The translations under genes and the position numbers were made by a program. This document shows positions 61,291 through 64,000 of a DNA stretch of 64,000 nucleotides, piece by piece. Origin of the DNA: the human T2T-CHM13v2.0 reference genome, Homo sapiens; the NCBI RefSeq assembly GCF_009914755.1, contig NC_060930.1. One strand, given 5' to 3'. The stretch's first letter is position 1, and each line of letters starts with the position of its first letter. Below the pieces are notes generated by a model. That model saw only the letters and a program-made list of their open reading frames with translations, ran no database searches and was not told the DNA's origin.

Positions 61291-62689
61291 TGGGTATAAA
61301 ATCTATAGAATAAGGCAGAAATTATTCTATTTGAAGACAATTATTCTATTCTATTTCTTTTGAGTTAACTTTTTATGAGTGTTTCAATTTTTTGTCAATA
61401 GAATATAAAAAATAAGTTATATTTTCAAGTAAATAGATTAGCTATGATGGTAACATCAATGAGAAATGTTACTTTAGCAGAATGTCTACGTGTGTGTATT
61501 TATGTCCCCACAGATGTCTTAGCTCTTTTAATGAATATCAATTAATTAGTGTTACTTTAAAGAAGCAGGATATCAGATCTAACATGGTGGAATTCACTAA
61601 CAAAATTTTATTCTAGCAATTGCCTGGAAGAAAAAAAAGAGGAGAGAACAAAAATAAAAGAATATGCAAGGGCCTACCTCCAATGTTCTCACTTCTATCT
61701 GTTGACTGGTTTGTTTCTTCTGTTCTTTCCTTAAGCAATATACACATGTAAACCCCAGTAACTCAGTTCTTTAGGGAGCACATCCTCTTCCACACAAGTG
61801 TTTGAACTATAATTTCTACCTCTTTTTTCCTGTGCTTAATTAGGCTTTATAGGCTAAAGTTCTCACATGTATTTGTTCTGTAAATAATCATAAAATTGTA
61901 TAATGTAAATAAACTTCCACAATTTTATGCTTGCTCTTACAGGAAACAGGGTGGAAGCAAATACAACAGTATTTTCATTACTCATTAAATATAATAAAAC
62001 ATTTGCTTTGAAGTAAGGTTAATCTTAAACATTACCACTCCAGTTATTAAGCTGTTAACTGCTTTTTCATATCATTTAAAAAAATTTTCATGGAGACTCT
62101 GAAATTCACTATCAATTGACACTACAAAATTTAGAGAATGGGATTTGCATTTCAATTATTATCTTATTCACCTGTGTATGATAATGCCTAGTTTTTAAGC
62201 ACACATGGCCAGGAATCACACCAATTAAAGTGATATGGTTGATATTGTTTTTCATTGTCCTAACTGTGCTGATGCTTGCTCTACCTCATTAAGTAAGGTT
62301 ACTGTGGAAAGAGGTATCTTCATGGCTAAGTTAGAGAAGAGCAGAGGAAACATCCTTGCCTCTGTGTCCTGATGCCCAGACGATACCTTCTTTTGTGAAG
62401 CAGAAAACACATTGATCTAAGGCTGGGGCAGCAGTTTCATTGCTAACTGTGTGAATCACCACGGGACAGGTCTTTACTGTTAAGGTTCCCTCCATCTCTA
62501 AACTCTGACAAGTCTTGGTCACTAGAAACACTTCTTCTTACTACTTCTTCAAGATGGAATTTAAGGAAGATGAGTCCTGTCGGCCTACCATATTTTATAA
62601 AGATTAGAGGTGGTGTATATCAGTACCTAGAACCATATGTTTTAAAAATTATTAGTTACTATTATCTTACCATGCCAAAATTACTCTCA

Positions 62690-63800
62690 TGTCTCTCTTG
62701 ACTTCTGGACTAATATGCAACTACCTTGCTACACTTACAATACATGTCTCATAAATTCATCAAATTCAACATCTCCAAAATGGAATGCTAAATATTTCTT
62801 ACTCCCACCAGACCTCCACTTTTCTCTATGTTTCCAGCTTGACAAATGACACCAGTTGTCCAATATTGGAATCATCTGCAACATTTTTGATGCTCTCTGT
62901 CATCATTTACATCCAATTGATCTCCAAATATTCTTCATCCTCCCTCTTAAATATCCATATATACATCTTTTCATCCTTATTTTCATACCTGTAGGCATTC
63001 TTATCTTATGTCTGATTTACCAAATTGGTGTTTCTTCCTTCAGTCTTGTGTCCCTCTAATCAATTCACCTTGGATGGAAAAAATATCATATCACTCTTCT
63101 GCCTGAAAATGTCTTTAATTAGCTGCCCTATCCTCTGTCAAGTTCAAACCTTTGAACATAGTTTGCAACATTTCCATTTAAGGGGGAGTCTCTATACTAG
63201 CAGTATCAGCATCATCTGGGACATTGTTAAAAATGTAGACTTTTCAATCCCACTGTGGAACCACTGAATTAACATGATAATAAGATTCCCAGGAAAGTCA
63301 ACTGCACATCAAAGTTTGAGATGCCCTGATGGACAAGGCTCTAATAATATGTCTTTCACTCACTCATTCAGTTAGTCCATTACAGCTCTCATGCAAGACT
63401 CCAGTCATATGCCATGATTTCCTGCTTCCTAAAGATGCTGTGCTTTCTTTTCTCCCTTTTCTGGGACTTTGCTGGAATATTTCTGTTCTGGCTAACTGCT
63501 ACCCTTCCTTGCATTCACATAGAGGTCATGTTTTTTGGAGAATGTTCTCTGAATTGTTAATACTGGATTAGCTGTCTCACTTATGTACTTCTCTGCCATC
63601 TTGTGTTTATGTGAAACACTGTAGTGTACCATCCTTCATTGTAATCAGCCCCTTACTTGTTTGATTGTATATATCAATGGACAGATAATTCCTTTAGGGA
63701 AGGAATTCTGTCCTGTTCTCCGTAATATCTTCACCACTCAACACACTGCCTGAAACATTGAGACACCAAACATTTGCTAAATAAATATATGAATAGAAGT
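62690..63800 (+). mobile_element. L2 fragments interrupted by MER5
   Basis: CATCAAATTCAACATCTCCAAAA; CTTTAGGGAAGGAA.TCTGTC; AAACATTTGCTAAATAAAT. Confidence 0.65.
63178..63328 (+). mobile_element. MER5A/B (hAT-Charlie) fragment
   Basis: CAGCATCATCTGGGA..TTGTTAAAAATG.AGA; GCACATCAAAGTTTGAGA. Confidence 0.7.
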
Positions 63801-64000
63801 TCAACTATTAGGCATTCTTTCTTTTCTCATACATCACTTACTACCTTATATATCATCAGAAGTAAAGGAAAACAAACAAACAAAAAAACCGAAATCTCTA
63901 GTCACAGCAAGGAGGTGGTATCCTCCACACACATCTGAGGAACATTAAAAATCTGCTGAAGTAAAACAAGCACGACTGTGGTGTCCCTGAGTATGGCTCA

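Overview
Human (primate) genomic DNA that I recognise as the FAM162B-GPRC6A locus (6q22.1 from memory; KPNA5 should lie just left of the window). Two minus-strand protein-coding genes can be read directly. FAM162B is complete: 4 coding exons at 25279-25108, 24958-24850, 21788-21680 and 12390-12292, total 489 nt = 162 aa + stop, all introns GT-AG, with a CpG-island promoter. The 3' half of GPRC6A is present: exons at 60527-60315, 55561-55438 and 52976-51868, encoding the end of the Venus flytrap domain, the cysteine-rich domain, the 7TM and the C-tail, with the human ICL3 KGKY allele. Most of the rest is interspersed repeat: L1PA/PB/MA/MC/ME, 19 Alus, L2, MIR, MLT2/MLT1/MER61-like LTRs, a near full-length Tigger1, Tigger3, MER5 and microsatellites. 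Almost all short ORFs in the supplied track are repeat-derived or GC-rich artefacts. I see no evidence of a new multi-gene system. The best unexplained structures are (i) an array of four extra near-consensus 5' splice sites copied directly behind FAM162B exon 3, (ii) a ~1.9 kb orphan insert with two poly(A)-signal/A-tract ends that interrupts an old L1 and looks like a retroposed 3'UTR or transduction, and (iii) a nested inverted duplication inside an MLT2D LTR. Repeat subfamily names and repeat boundaries are by-eye estimates.
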